Made by a program: the position numbers and the translations under genes. The notes under the pieces were generated by a model, which was not told where the DNA came from, searched no databases, and saw only the letters and a list, made by a program, of their open reading frames with translations. This document shows, piece after piece, positions 36,733-46,497 of a stretch of DNA of 64,000 bases (position 1 is the stretch's first letter; each line of letters begins with the position of its first letter). Source of the stretch: Minisyncoccia bacterium (GTDB lineage: Bacteria; Patescibacteriota; Minisyncoccia; Phycocordibacterales; UBA9973); assembly GCA_039809265.1 (NCBI GenBank), contig JBDHUR010000001.1:5914-69913 (forward strand), written 5' to 3'.

Positions 36733-36756
36733 TACTAATTTTCTAAATTAAATAAA

Positions 36757-38310
36757 ATGTCCTTTGGCAGAGTATATAGTGCTCAGACCAACGCCCTGAA
36801 AGGAGCGATAGTCACCATAGAAGCAGACATTACTAAAAACTCGCTTCATGCTTTTACAGTTGTCGGCTTGCCGGACAAAGCAGTGGACGAATCCAAAGAT
36901 CGCGTTTCCGGCGCATTGAAAAATTCCGGTTTCACTTCTCCGAAAAGCCAAAACCAGAAAATAGTTGTCTCTCTTTCGCCAGCAGACCTAAAAAAGGAAG
37001 GCCCGTACTTTGACCTTGCCATTGCACTCGGCTATTTGCTTTCGCTTGGCGATATAGATTTTGATCCGGAAGGGAAACTTTTCTTGGGTGAGCTTTCATT
37101 AAACGGCGAAGTCAAAAGCATAAAAGGGACACTGCCATTGGTACGCGAAGCCCGTGCAAAAGGTTTCAACGAAATATTCGTACCGAGAGAAAATGCCGAA
37201 GAAGCAGCTCTGATAGACGGCGTAGAGATTTATGCTGTCTCAAACTTGAAAGAAATCATTGAGCATTTGGACAAAAGCAAAAAAGGTGCGGATAAAACAG
37301 AGAGGGTTTTGCTTTCCCCAGTGCCAGCTACAAATATAGAATATGCGGAGCAAGAAAACATTGTGGATTTTTCTGACATCCGCGGACAAGAAGGCGCGAA
37401 ACGCGGACTAGAGATAGCAGCCGCAGGCGGACACAACATAGTCATGTCTGGCCCTCCGGGCACCGGCAAGACCATGCTTGCAAAAGCTTTCTCTGGCATA
37501 CTGCCACGGCTGACACTAGAAGAAGTACTAGAGTCTACAGGCATATATTCTGTAGCAGGAGCAACAGGCGGCAATCTTGTCACCGCTGCGCCGTTTCGCT
37601 CGCCGCACCACACAGCGTCTTATGTTTCCATGATCGGCGGCGGAACATTCCCAAAACCAGGAGAGGTAACACTGGCGCACCACGGAGTACTTTTCCTAGA
37701 CGAATTTCCGGAATTCGAAAAAAGAGTGATAGAAAGTTTGCGCCAACCACTGGAAGACAAGATAGTCACAGTCTCCCGCGCAAAAGGCTCGGTAACATTT
37801 CCATCCAAGTTTATACTCGTAGCAGCCATGAACCCTTGTCCATGTGGCAACAGAGGCGCCTTATATAAAGAATGCATTTGTAGAGCAAATGACCTTGCCA
37901 GATACCAACGCAAAATATCTGGCCCGATAATAGACCGCGTGGACATTTGGACAAATGTAGGCGAAGTAGAATATGAAAAACTTTCTACAGACGAACGCGA
38001 AGGAGAAACTTCCGAACAAATAAAAAAGCGCGTAGCCAAAGCTCGTGCACTACAAAGTAAACGCTTCCGCCAGCATCCGCGCGGCATAACAACAAATACA
38101 GAAATGAATACCCGCGACCTTACCAGATACGTTCCTCTTTCCGAAGAAACAAAGAAACTTTTGAATACGACAGCAGAAAAACTTGGACTTTCTGCCCGAG
38201 CGTACCATCGCATCATAAAGCTTGCTCGCACCATTGCCGACCTGGCGGACAGCGAACAAGTAGAAACCTCGCACATCTTGGAAGCTCTGCAATACAGGCC
38301 AAAATCCTGA
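36757..38310 (+). CDS. YifB/ComM-family Mg-chelatase-like AAA+ ATPase
   Basis: 517 aa; Lon-like N domain, Walker A 'GPPGTGKT', 'VLFLDEFPEF' Walker B, C-terminal ChlI/ComM domain. Confidence 0.85.
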   Translation: MSFGRVYSAQTNALKGAIVTIEADITKNSLHAFTVVGLPDKAVDESKDRVSGALKNSGFTSPKSQNQKIVVSLSPADLKKEGPYFDLAIALGYLLSLGDIDFDPEGKLFLGELSLNGEVKSIKGTLPLVREARAKGFNEIFVPRENAEEAALIDGVEIYAVSNLKEIIEHLDKSKKGADKTERVLLSPVPATNIEYAEQENIVDFSDIRGQEGAKRGLEIAAAGGHNIVMSGPPGTGKTMLAKAFSGILPRLTLEEVLESTGIYSVAGATGGNLVTAAPFRSPHHTASYVSMIGGGTFPKPGEVTLAHHGVLFLDEFPEFEKRVIESLRQPLEDKIVTVSRAKGSVTFPSKFILVAAMNPCPCGNRGALYKECICRANDLARYQRKISGPIIDRVDIWTNVGEVEYEKLSTDEREGETSEQIKKRVAKARALQSKRFRQHPRGITTNTEMNTRDLTRYVPLSEETKKLLNTTAEKLGLSARAYHRIIKLARTIADLADSEQVETSHILEALQYRPKS

Positions 38311-38344
38311 GAGACAATAATAATGTAAAGTGGGCAGAAAAATC

Positions 38345-39556
38345 TTATCTCTCCCACACGCCTTTTGTTGCGCCTGGGTTTTTCGCGCCGCGAACTTCAA
38401 AGTGGACATGCGGGCCGGTGGAGCGTCCGGTGGAGCCGACATATCCTATCACTTCTCCCTGGGCTACAGTTGCACCAACTTCGGCTGCTACCCGAGACAT
38501 GTGTGCATACAAAGTCTGTGTGCCGTTTGCGTGCTTTATCACTACATATTTGCCATACCCTCCGTTGTATCCGTCTCCGTCTGCAATGTAAACAGTGCCG
38601 GCAGCAGAAGCCACGATCGGTGTACCGATAGGTGCGGCAAGGTCTATAGCATATTTGTCGTGCAAACCTTGTGACTTCACTCCGCCAACTATAGGGCGGA
38701 TGTAGTACCCGCTTGTTTCTGGCAAGCTAGACTGAGTAGAAGTAGAAACCGCCAGAGATTTTGCCTTGTTGGCAGCGGGCTTAGCTTCAGGCTTTTTCTC
38801 TACAACTGGCGCTGGCACAGAACCGTTGGGCACAATGACAGTAGAGCCGACCTCTAGTACAGTGCCTTCTGTTATGCCGTTGAAAGAAGCAATGTCTGAA
38901 ATATCTGCACCGTATTTTGCGGCAATTTTTTTCAAAGTATCAGACTTTGTTATGGTGTGCTCCACGCCGGACACCGGAAGTATGGTCAGCACTGTGCCTT
39001 CGGATATAGCTTGCCCCGCAACAAGGTCGTTCGCCCAGCGTATAGTGTTCGTGCTTACACCAAACATTTTTGCAATAGAAGAAATGGTGTCGCCAGACTT
39101 CACGACATATAGGCTTATCTGGTCTGTATCCGGATTTACAGCTACATCTGCCACGGTAATAGAAGGACCAGTTTCCGGCACAAGCGCAAGGCCGTCCTCA
39201 GAAACTCCGTCTGTAGCATCTACGTCAGACTGGTCTACTGCGGCAGATGCTTCCAGCAAAGCTATGGTCTGAGAATTTGGCAGATTTTTCGCCGACACAC
39301 CTTCAGCTTCAGCCTTTTCGCCTATTATTGCAGACAAAAAGCTGGCTTGAGAGACCATTGGAGGGAAGACGAGGGCAATACCGGCAAGCAACAAGAAAGA
39401 CGCTTGGAGATATACACCCTTGTAAAATAAAGCTTTTTTCGTCTGTTGCCCATTTGAACCTACTCGTTCGGGACCGTCAGAGTCTTGTGTGTTGTTGAAA
39501 TTCACGATTTTTAAAGGATTTTCTGCCGATTTCCGTAAAAAACCTATATTTTGCAA
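38345..39556 (-). CDS. LysM-domain M23 (lysostaphin-like) peptidoglycan endopeptidase
   Basis: 403 aa; signal anchor; two LysM repeats ('YVVKSGDTISSIAKMFGV', 'HTITKSDTLKKIAAKYGA'); M23 'HMSRVAAEVG...GSTGRSTGPHVHFEV'. Confidence 0.8.
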   Translation of the reverse strand: MQNIGFLRKSAENPLKIVNFNNTQDSDGPERVGSNGQQTKKALFYKGVYLQASFLLLAGIALVFPPMVSQASFLSAIIGEKAEAEGVSAKNLPNSQTIALLEASAAVDQSDVDATDGVSEDGLALVPETGPSITVADVAVNPDTDQISLYVVKSGDTISSIAKMFGVSTNTIRWANDLVAGQAISEGTVLTILPVSGVEHTITKSDTLKKIAAKYGADISDIASFNGITEGTVLEVGSTVIVPNGSVPAPVVEKKPEAKPAANKAKSLAVSTSTQSSLPETSGYYIRPIVGGVKSQGLHDKYAIDLAAPIGTPIVASAAGTVYIADGDGYNGGYGKYVVIKHANGTQTLYAHMSRVAAEVGATVAQGEVIGYVGSTGRSTGPHVHFEVRGAKNPGATKGVWER

Positions 39557-39687
39557 GGTTTTCCAGAAATATCTATCATTTCAAGCGGTACATTAAATGG
39601 TAGCAGATGAGAAATGTAAGTCAACCAAACTGTGGATAACTCAACAATTGGCGAATTTGTCAAAAAATCGTATAATTTACAGAAGAT

Positions 39688-41625
39688 ATGGCTGTAAACC
39701 CAGAAAAATTTGATTCGTATCACAAATACAAAAAAGCAAAAGACAAATCCGAGTCGATGGAACTGGACGAAAAAATAAAAAAACCTTTCAATAAAATGAT
39801 TAAGGTTCTATGGCAAGATGCGGTGGAAAGCAAGCATATTGACCCTACTAAGATAACTAAAGAACACAAAATGAACCCAGAAAATACATGGCGAAGACTG
39901 ACAAAAAACGACAAATTTGTATTTGCTGGCGCGCCAGCAGAGATTATAAATTTGAACAAAACAAAGGGTGAAGTTAGGCTAAAAACTCGCATCGGGGAAA
40001 AGACTTATAAAAAGAGAGATTTCATAGAGTTACTAAGGGGTGAGGAAATTCAAACTCAAGCCGAAAACCTGGAGACAAACAAGAAAACAACTGAAAAGAT
40101 TGCCCAATATATAAAATTCAACGGCATAGACAGAGTAGTTGTTCATGGTGAGCCTAGATACACAGAGAACCCAGACACCGGAGAAGGAGAACCCGTAAAG
40201 AGTGCTGAGCTGGACTTTGACACAGAAGTTGCTCTTTATTTCTTGAACTACAATCAAGACTTTACTTCAAGCGACACTGTATACAATACTGGGGCAAGCA
40301 CGGAGTTTGTCATGAAAGGCGAAAAATCATCTTTTACAAATTCTGAGATGGCTAAAAACGGCAAGGAAAGAAAAACACCGCTTAAAAAAGGCGCTCTTGT
40401 TTTACACATTGATACCGGTGAAAACAACCTTTCCATAGAAAAAGCCGGACAAGCAGTTGCGGCTTACGCAGACCATCACAAAGAGATCGACAATATAAGG
40501 ACATCTGCCGCTGAAATGGTCTTCAACATAATGACGGAAGCAGAAGCATATAAACCAGAGCCGTGGATGAGGCAGGTTGTGAGATTTGTAAATGAAGTAG
40601 ACAATCTATCATATGCGGACAAGAAAAATTTTACTCCTGGATATTTCCAAGAAATATGGCCAAAGACGCTATATGCGCTTCACAAATTCCTGCCGTACAA
40701 ACAAGTTATAAACTGGATAAGAGAGGGCCGAAACCCGGAAAATCCCTTCACCGAAACAGAACTTGATACTCTAACCGTAGAAACCAACGCAACAATAAAA
40801 AACAAAGAAACGGGTAAATACGAAAAGAAGCAGATACCATTGCGCGAGCTTGTAAATGTACGTGGCAAGCATGCTTTTGATTCCATGAAATATTTGAACG
40901 CTGCCACAAGGAACATGGGTGCCCAACACATAAAACAAGAAAGCAAAGAACTTGGTAGGGTTGCATTTGCAACTATGGACAGTGAAGTGGACATAAGAGG
41001 CAACAAAATATCTGGAACGTATCTCAAAGAAGGATACTTGGCGGCAAAAGCCAAAGGGTATGATACTTACGTATCATACAGCCAGAGCAACGACAGATTT
41101 TTCATAAACTCGACAAACAAGGACTTGCGTCCAATAATAAAAGAGGTAAAGAAAATTGTACCGAACGCAAAGCTGATACGAGGGGTTATGATACTGCCGG
41201 GAAAAGATGGCAACGGTGGCAAACTCACAAAAGAAAAGCTTTTAGAAATCTGCGGCCTGATGGATAAAGACACAATGTTATATAAGTATGACCCAAAACC
41301 TAAAATCTTGAGTCCTAAAGCGCAAGCATTTCAAAAAGAGAAGGAGAGAACAAGCCTCGAGAGAGAGATTGCGGACTTGGAAAAAAGAATAAAAGAGAAA
41401 ATGAAGAATATAAAAATTCTGCAGGAAGGCTTGGAGATAAACAAAGCTTATAACGAGGTCCTGGATGAAGAAATAAAAGAAATAGATACAAACAAGCGGG
41501 AAAAAGCGCGCGTTGAAGAAAATGAGGCGATAAAAGAAACTTTGTCCAGAGCTAGGAAGTTACTAAACACAAAAGGAGTAAAGCCAGACGAAGCGCTTAC
41601 CATAAGACCAAGGGAGGAAAAATAA
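39688..41625 (+). CDS. Hypothetical cytoplasmic protein (645 aa) with Lys/Glu-rich coiled-coil C-terminus
   Basis: Intact ORF; no signal peptide; no recognised catalytic motif. Confidence 0.5.
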   Translation: MAVNPEKFDSYHKYKKAKDKSESMELDEKIKKPFNKMIKVLWQDAVESKHIDPTKITKEHKMNPENTWRRLTKNDKFVFAGAPAEIINLNKTKGEVRLKTRIGEKTYKKRDFIELLRGEEIQTQAENLETNKKTTEKIAQYIKFNGIDRVVVHGEPRYTENPDTGEGEPVKSAELDFDTEVALYFLNYNQDFTSSDTVYNTGASTEFVMKGEKSSFTNSEMAKNGKERKTPLKKGALVLHIDTGENNLSIEKAGQAVAAYADHHKEIDNIRTSAAEMVFNIMTEAEAYKPEPWMRQVVRFVNEVDNLSYADKKNFTPGYFQEIWPKTLYALHKFLPYKQVINWIREGRNPENPFTETELDTLTVETNATIKNKETGKYEKKQIPLRELVNVRGKHAFDSMKYLNAATRNMGAQHIKQESKELGRVAFATMDSEVDIRGNKISGTYLKEGYLAAKAKGYDTYVSYSQSNDRFFINSTNKDLRPIIKEVKKIVPNAKLIRGVMILPGKDGNGGKLTKEKLLEICGLMDKDTMLYKYDPKPKILSPKAQAFQKEKERTSLEREIADLEKRIKEKMKNIKILQEGLEINKAYNEVLDEEIKEIDTNKREKARVEENEAIKETLSRARKLLNTKGVKPDEALTIRPREEK

Positions 41626-41666
41626 TCAACACCTTATTTTGCAGATTTTAAGTATAATACAATTAT

Positions 41667-44600
41667 ATGTCATCACCTGAAAACGAGAAAAACATTATAC
41701 AGAAATCATTAAACAAAACCAGTGAGCAGCTCGATACGGAAAAGAAAGAGCTGGAAAAACTGGCCAGGGAACTTGAAGAAAAGAAAAAATTGTTTGAGAA
41801 AAATCACGGATTATTCTCTCAAGAAGAATTCGACAAATTTGTTGATAGTGGTGAAGTTTCCCAGGAAAAACTTGAGCTTCTAGCAGATAAGATAAAAAAC
41901 CGTGAATCGCTTAGCGACTTTGAAAAAGCCATACACGCCGGCGAATACACTGGGGCTGAAATAGCACAGATAATCCAGCATAAATACCCTTCGCCCGAAC
42001 AAAAGAAGAATCTCAAAAAGAAAACACGCGAGAATACCAAGAAGCTGGCAGAAGAAGAGGGAGGGGCGCAGAAGGAACAGGCAGAAAAAAACGGCAAAAA
42101 AGTACAAGAAGACGAGAATAAGAAAGAATCTGAAAAAAAGAACAAGGGAAACAAAGACAGAGAGCTTACCGAGCAAAAAGAGAAAAACGACATAGCGCAA
42201 GAATTCCGCAAAAGCTTTGGCTTTGATCCGAATGAAAACTTGGAAAGCTTTAAGGATTTGGAGCCTGGGGCACAACGCTTGGCATACAAGAGCTTACAAA
42301 ATGTGCAGGCAAGCATGGTACCAAAACTTGCAGAAGAAATATATGAGACCAAGCAAAAAAGTTTCTTAAACTATTTCCGCAAAAGCGCTTTAATAGAAGG
42401 CAACAAAAAGGAAGCTGCCGAACAGTTGTCAAAGGCTGGATACAGCAAATATGAAAAATATCTGAAGCAGATAGTTGGCGGAATAAAGAACACGGGACTT
42501 GAAGGCGTAGCAGACGGCGCCGTCGGCATCCGCATGGAGTACGCGCACGGATTGGAAAATCTGACAGAAGAAGAGAAAAAGGAGCTTGTTTACTTCAACA
42601 GAGCTGCGACAAAGTTTGGAGACATTCCTCGCGAATGGGCATTTGACGATGCAAACAAAGTAGAGAAATTTCTCGCCGGCGAATTTTCTTCCAGAAACAA
42701 CAAGCAAATGTACCAAGAAGCAAAGGAAGCTTACGAAAGAGAAAAGGAAGGCTTGGCCAAAATAGTTTTAGAAAAATTTGGCGGAGATGAAGAACGCGCT
42801 ACAAACTACTTGCGGATGATAGATGCAAACGTGGAGTTCAGCCAGCGTGTTGCCAGCGACCCAAATGCAATGGCAGCACTTGGTGCACTAAGTGCACAAG
42901 GCAATGCAATCAGCAAAAAGTCAGCCATGAGTGCTGCTTCATTTGGAATTGGCTACCTCATGCGTGGCGGAGCAGCCACAGCTGGACTTGCGAACTACGC
43001 AGGACTTGCGGTTGCCCCAGTGCTTGGAGCTTTGCGCGGGTTGTACAAAGGCAGACAGAATATACGTGAAGCAGAGAGGAATGTCCGCACAGGTGAAGAG
43101 TTGAAAGAATCCCAAAAAACAAAGTTTAACACTTTGACCGGCAAGGCAAAAGAGGAAGCTCTAAAAAGAGAGCTGGTGGAAAAAATGCGCGCGACATACA
43201 GGAAAACAGAGGAAACAAAAACTTCAGCAAAAGGCAAAGAGATGCAAGTGGGTCTCCGTCAAAAGCTGGAGAATGCTTTGGACTCGCTGGAGTCAGCCCA
43301 AGGACAGCTAGAAAAAATAGATGCAGAAATAGCAAATGAAAAAGATGCTGTAAGGCTAAATGAGCTACATTTAAACCGCGAGAAAGTAGCTTCTGTGGTA
43401 GAAATGCGCCAGACATTTGTGAACAACCGCTTGGTGCAAGTGCAAAAGCTTCTGGACAGTGGCGACCTAGACTTCGGCATGAAGAGCGAGCGCTTTGCCA
43501 ACGAATACGCCATGCGCGATGTGCTAAACAAAGCCTACGCTGTGGCAATATCCGCACCGCTTGGAGAGAACAATAAAAATTTGAATGCCTTTTATAAAAA
43601 GTTTAATGTATTTTTTGCCGAGCAGCTGGAAGCTGAGCAGGGTATAGCAGCTAGAAAAACAGAAAATGTAAAAGCTGTAAAAGACGCGATGATCCGCCAT
43701 GCTGTAGTAAAAGGTGCTGTGATGAGTTTCATCTTTGCCGGACTTGGCTTTGAAGTACGAGACTTGTACAACAACTCTGAACTTCACAACAAAGTTTCTG
43801 AATTCTTTGGCAGATGGAAAGCGGACAACCTTGAGGCAAACTCTGCGCCAATAAAAGCTGAAGTTGGCGCGGATGATGAAGCCACAGAAAAAGTCCGCGA
43901 GATGGGCAAGAGGTGGGTAGACCTAGACCAATACAAACCAAAGTCACCACTTTCGCATGGAGACATATCAAAAGGTGTAACTGTTGGGCACGAACACTTG
44001 GAACAAGCAACAGAGAAAATAGAAAACATCCGCGGTATCAGCCAAGACTTTGCAGTGACTTTGGGCAAGAACGGCGTGCCAGCCCAACTTGAACGCGTCT
44101 TCCATGAAATATCTTTGGATCACATGGAAGTGCCAAACAATGCCCTGAACGAAGAAGTCGGCGCCAAAAGCCTGAACATGGCAGCAAACCTTGTGCGTTT
44201 GTCTGAGGGACACAACGTACTCGGCGCAAGCACCGAATCTTTCAAAAACTCTTTCTCTTACGACAAAGGGATCGGTACTTTGAAGATAATAAACCACGAA
44301 AAATTCAACAACCTTTTGGATGTACTAAAAACACACTCTGACAAGCTTTGGGACAACGGCACTTTGCAAAAAGGCGCAGCAGGCGAACTTTCAAATATAA
44401 AAACAGAAACTTGGCTCAAGATAGCCCACGCAGACGACCTAGACAAAGCACTTGGGGGAGATGGGCAGGAAGTTGTGACAGGAATACACGGCCACGATGA
44501 AATAACAGAGAAAGATATTACTGATTTCCATAAAAGTGCGATAGTAGAAAAAACTCGTGCCCTGAGAGAAAAACTTGCCGGCAAGCTGGCAGAACATGTA

Positions 44601-45284
44601 GACAAAGCAGCAGATGTTACAACAAACACAAAGACAGAATTTGGCATAGATCCAGATACTAGACAGCAAAGCTGGTGGGATGGCAACGAGGTCAGCAGCA
44701 CATCTGCAACAGAAGACACAATAAATACAGCACCGAGCCAAGATTTGGGTATAGACCCTGACTCCAAACAACAAAGCTGGTATGGCGGAAATGAAGAAAC
44801 CCAAACTCCAAGCGTACCCGCAGAAAGTCCAAAGATAGAAGAAGTTACGGGAGGCAATAGCAGACACGAGGTGATACCAGAAAAAACAAATACTGCAGAA
44901 GAATATAGTAACGAAGTAGCGGAGAAAGCAGTAAAGATACCTGTGGAAACACAAAACCACAGTATACTTTCAAATATCACAGGCAAGGAAGACCTGAGCG
45001 ATAGCCGTTTGTGGCAGCGAGCACATGACATGCCTGTAGCAGATATATTCAAACAAACAGAAACATATATACGAGATGAGGCAAGTGACCGTTCCTACAA
45101 GAAACTTTGGGCATACACGCAGATGCTAAACAGATCAAGCGGGGTTTCTATTTTGAAGAATGAAACCTTGGAAGACTATTTGTCACGCGCCGGAAAAGTT
45201 TTCACGGAAAGAAACCCTGGCAAGTCCCTAGACTACGTCTACGAACTTTCGCAGAAATACTTGATAGAAGTGGAAACAAAGTAG
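41667..45284 (+). CDS. Giant (1205 aa) charged coiled-coil protein with two hydrophobic segments and internal tandem repeat
   Basis: Intact ORF; K/E-rich; hydrophobic 'AASFGIGYLMRGGAATAGLANYAGLAVAPVLGAL' and 'AVVKGAVMSFIFAGLGF'; repeats 'GIDPDTRQQSWWDGNE'/'GIDPDSKQQSWYGGNE'. Confidence 0.55.
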   Translation: MSSPENEKNIIQKSLNKTSEQLDTEKKELEKLARELEEKKKLFEKNHGLFSQEEFDKFVDSGEVSQEKLELLADKIKNRESLSDFEKAIHAGEYTGAEIAQIIQHKYPSPEQKKNLKKKTRENTKKLAEEEGGAQKEQAEKNGKKVQEDENKKESEKKNKGNKDRELTEQKEKNDIAQEFRKSFGFDPNENLESFKDLEPGAQRLAYKSLQNVQASMVPKLAEEIYETKQKSFLNYFRKSALIEGNKKEAAEQLSKAGYSKYEKYLKQIVGGIKNTGLEGVADGAVGIRMEYAHGLENLTEEEKKELVYFNRAATKFGDIPREWAFDDANKVEKFLAGEFSSRNNKQMYQEAKEAYEREKEGLAKIVLEKFGGDEERATNYLRMIDANVEFSQRVASDPNAMAALGALSAQGNAISKKSAMSAASFGIGYLMRGGAATAGLANYAGLAVAPVLGALRGLYKGRQNIREAERNVRTGEELKESQKTKFNTLTGKAKEEALKRELVEKMRATYRKTEETKTSAKGKEMQVGLRQKLENALDSLESAQGQLEKIDAEIANEKDAVRLNELHLNREKVASVVEMRQTFVNNRLVQVQKLLDSGDLDFGMKSERFANEYAMRDVLNKAYAVAISAPLGENNKNLNAFYKKFNVFFAEQLEAEQGIAARKTENVKAVKDAMIRHAVVKGAVMSFIFAGLGFEVRDLYNNSELHNKVSEFFGRWKADNLEANSAPIKAEVGADDEATEKVREMGKRWVDLDQYKPKSPLSHGDISKGVTVGHEHLEQATEKIENIRGISQDFAVTLGKNGVPAQLERVFHEISLDHMEVPNNALNEEVGAKSLNMAANLVRLSEGHNVLGASTESFKNSFSYDKGIGTLKIINHEKFNNLLDVLKTHSDKLWDNGTLQKGAAGELSNIKTETWLKIAHADDLDKALGGDGQEVVTGIHGHDEITEKDITDFHKSAIVEKTRALREKLAGKLAEHVDKAADVTTNTKTEFGIDPDTRQQSWWDGNEVSSTSATEDTINTAPSQDLGIDPDSKQQSWYGGNEETQTPSVPAESPKIEEVTGGNSRHEVIPEKTNTAEEYSNEVAEKAVKIPVETQNHSILSNITGKEDLSDSRLWQRAHDMPVADIFKQTETYIRDEASDRSYKKLWAYTQMLNRSSGVSILKNETLEDYLSRAGKVFTERNPGKSLDYVYELSQKYLIEVETK

Positions 45285-45355
45285 TTAATAAGAAAACCAG
45301 AGCAAAGAAAAAATTCCCCAACAATAGCTGGGGAATTTAATTTTAAAAGAACATT

Positions 45356-46390
45356 TCAATACATACCTTTGGCAAGGGAGTCAGCTCTGGTTAAATGCAA
45401 CCTTGGCACATAAGTACCATTTGGTATATCAACCACAACTTCGCTCGTGTTAACCACATGCAACACGTCTCCGGTCTCACCAAAAGTAACATTTGTCTTG
45501 AAGTTGTTCTTGTCCGCAAGTTGCTCTTTGGCATTTGCGACAGGTTTCAAGATGATGCCTCTAATACTTCTATCGGCATCATTTTCAATGACATCCAGAC
45601 CTACTTCTACAAGCTTCGCTTCCGCTTTCCTTTTCCCATTTCCTTTGCCTGGGGCAGGTTTTGGTTTCAGTGTATCTTCTGCCGCAGGGCAGGGCGCAGG
45701 CAAGAATACTGTGTCAGACTTTGTCTCCAATGACTTCGGGATATATTCCTTGAAATCTTTCACAAAGTAGTTGCCGCAATGGTCGGGCTGATCAGAAACA
45801 ACCAGCTCTACCTGCTTGTCTTCGTGTTCATACATCTTGTTGATGTTCTCCCATAAAGCAGTACCGTTATAATCTTCGGCTATTGCAAGCAAAGAAGTGT
45901 CCTTGCTTATTTCGCCATCGTTTAAACGGAAAGCTTTCACACTTCTCTTTTCTACTATAGAAGTAGCAAGTACGAAATGTAAGTCAACAGGCGCAACTTT
46001 AGTATAAACCTTACAAGGTTTCACAGTATTACAGCCAACAGGCTCACAACCTTGAAACTTGTAAAGAAGTAAAAAAAAGAATAGAGCCAAAAGTAACCAA
46101 AGATACCAAGGTAAGGAAGTTTTCTTGTTATGAAACTCTATCTCCTTGCGACTGTAAACTTCTTGGTTTTGTTGTACTGAGTGAGTCACCGCAGACTGAT
46201 TTGCCATTATATCATCCAGTTTTTTGTGAAGCTCTTTGTTGTCTTCCTGCTGTTTAGAAAACACGTTTTTCATGTTTTCACAGCATTCTTTGATCAGATT
46301 CAGCAATTCTTCAAGCTTTGACAGAACTGCGCGCTGCGATGCAGCAGTTTTTCTGGTTTTTTGGGCACCACCCTTTGTTGTATCACTCAT
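45356..46390 (-). CDS. Single-pass membrane protein with N-terminal coiled-coil and Cys-containing extracellular domain
   Basis: 344 aa; TM 'LPWYLWLLLALFFFLLLY'. Confidence 0.5.
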   Translation of the reverse strand: MSDTTKGGAQKTRKTAASQRAVLSKLEELLNLIKECCENMKNVFSKQQEDNKELHKKLDDIMANQSAVTHSVQQNQEVYSRKEIEFHNKKTSLPWYLWLLLALFFFLLLYKFQGCEPVGCNTVKPCKVYTKVAPVDLHFVLATSIVEKRSVKAFRLNDGEISKDTSLLAIAEDYNGTALWENINKMYEHEDKQVELVVSDQPDHCGNYFVKDFKEYIPKSLETKSDTVFLPAPCPAAEDTLKPKPAPGKGNGKRKAEAKLVEVGLDVIENDADRSIRGIILKPVANAKEQLADKNNFKTNVTFGETGDVLHVVNTSEVVVDIPNGTYVPRLHLTRADSLAKGMY

Positions 46391-46497
46391 TTTTTATTAT
46401 TTTGTAATAGTTTTTGTTCCCCTATATCCTATCATATTATATGGTTTTTGTCAATATGCTGGAAGTTTAGAAAAAGAAGAAATATAAGGCTAAATTT

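Noticed and set aside
39688-41625. Possible DHH-family phosphoesterase in the 645-aa protein, because of an 'AYADHH' motif
   Set aside because: Motifs I/II (DxD, D) in the expected spacing are not recognisable upstream. A single DHH tripeptide is insufficient.
44258-45052. 264-aa and 173-aa minus-strand ORFs inside the 1205-aa gene, plus 46572-47132 inside uvrD
   Set aside because: These are antisense to long, coherent plus-strand genes and have Cys/Ser/Phe-rich low-complexity composition.
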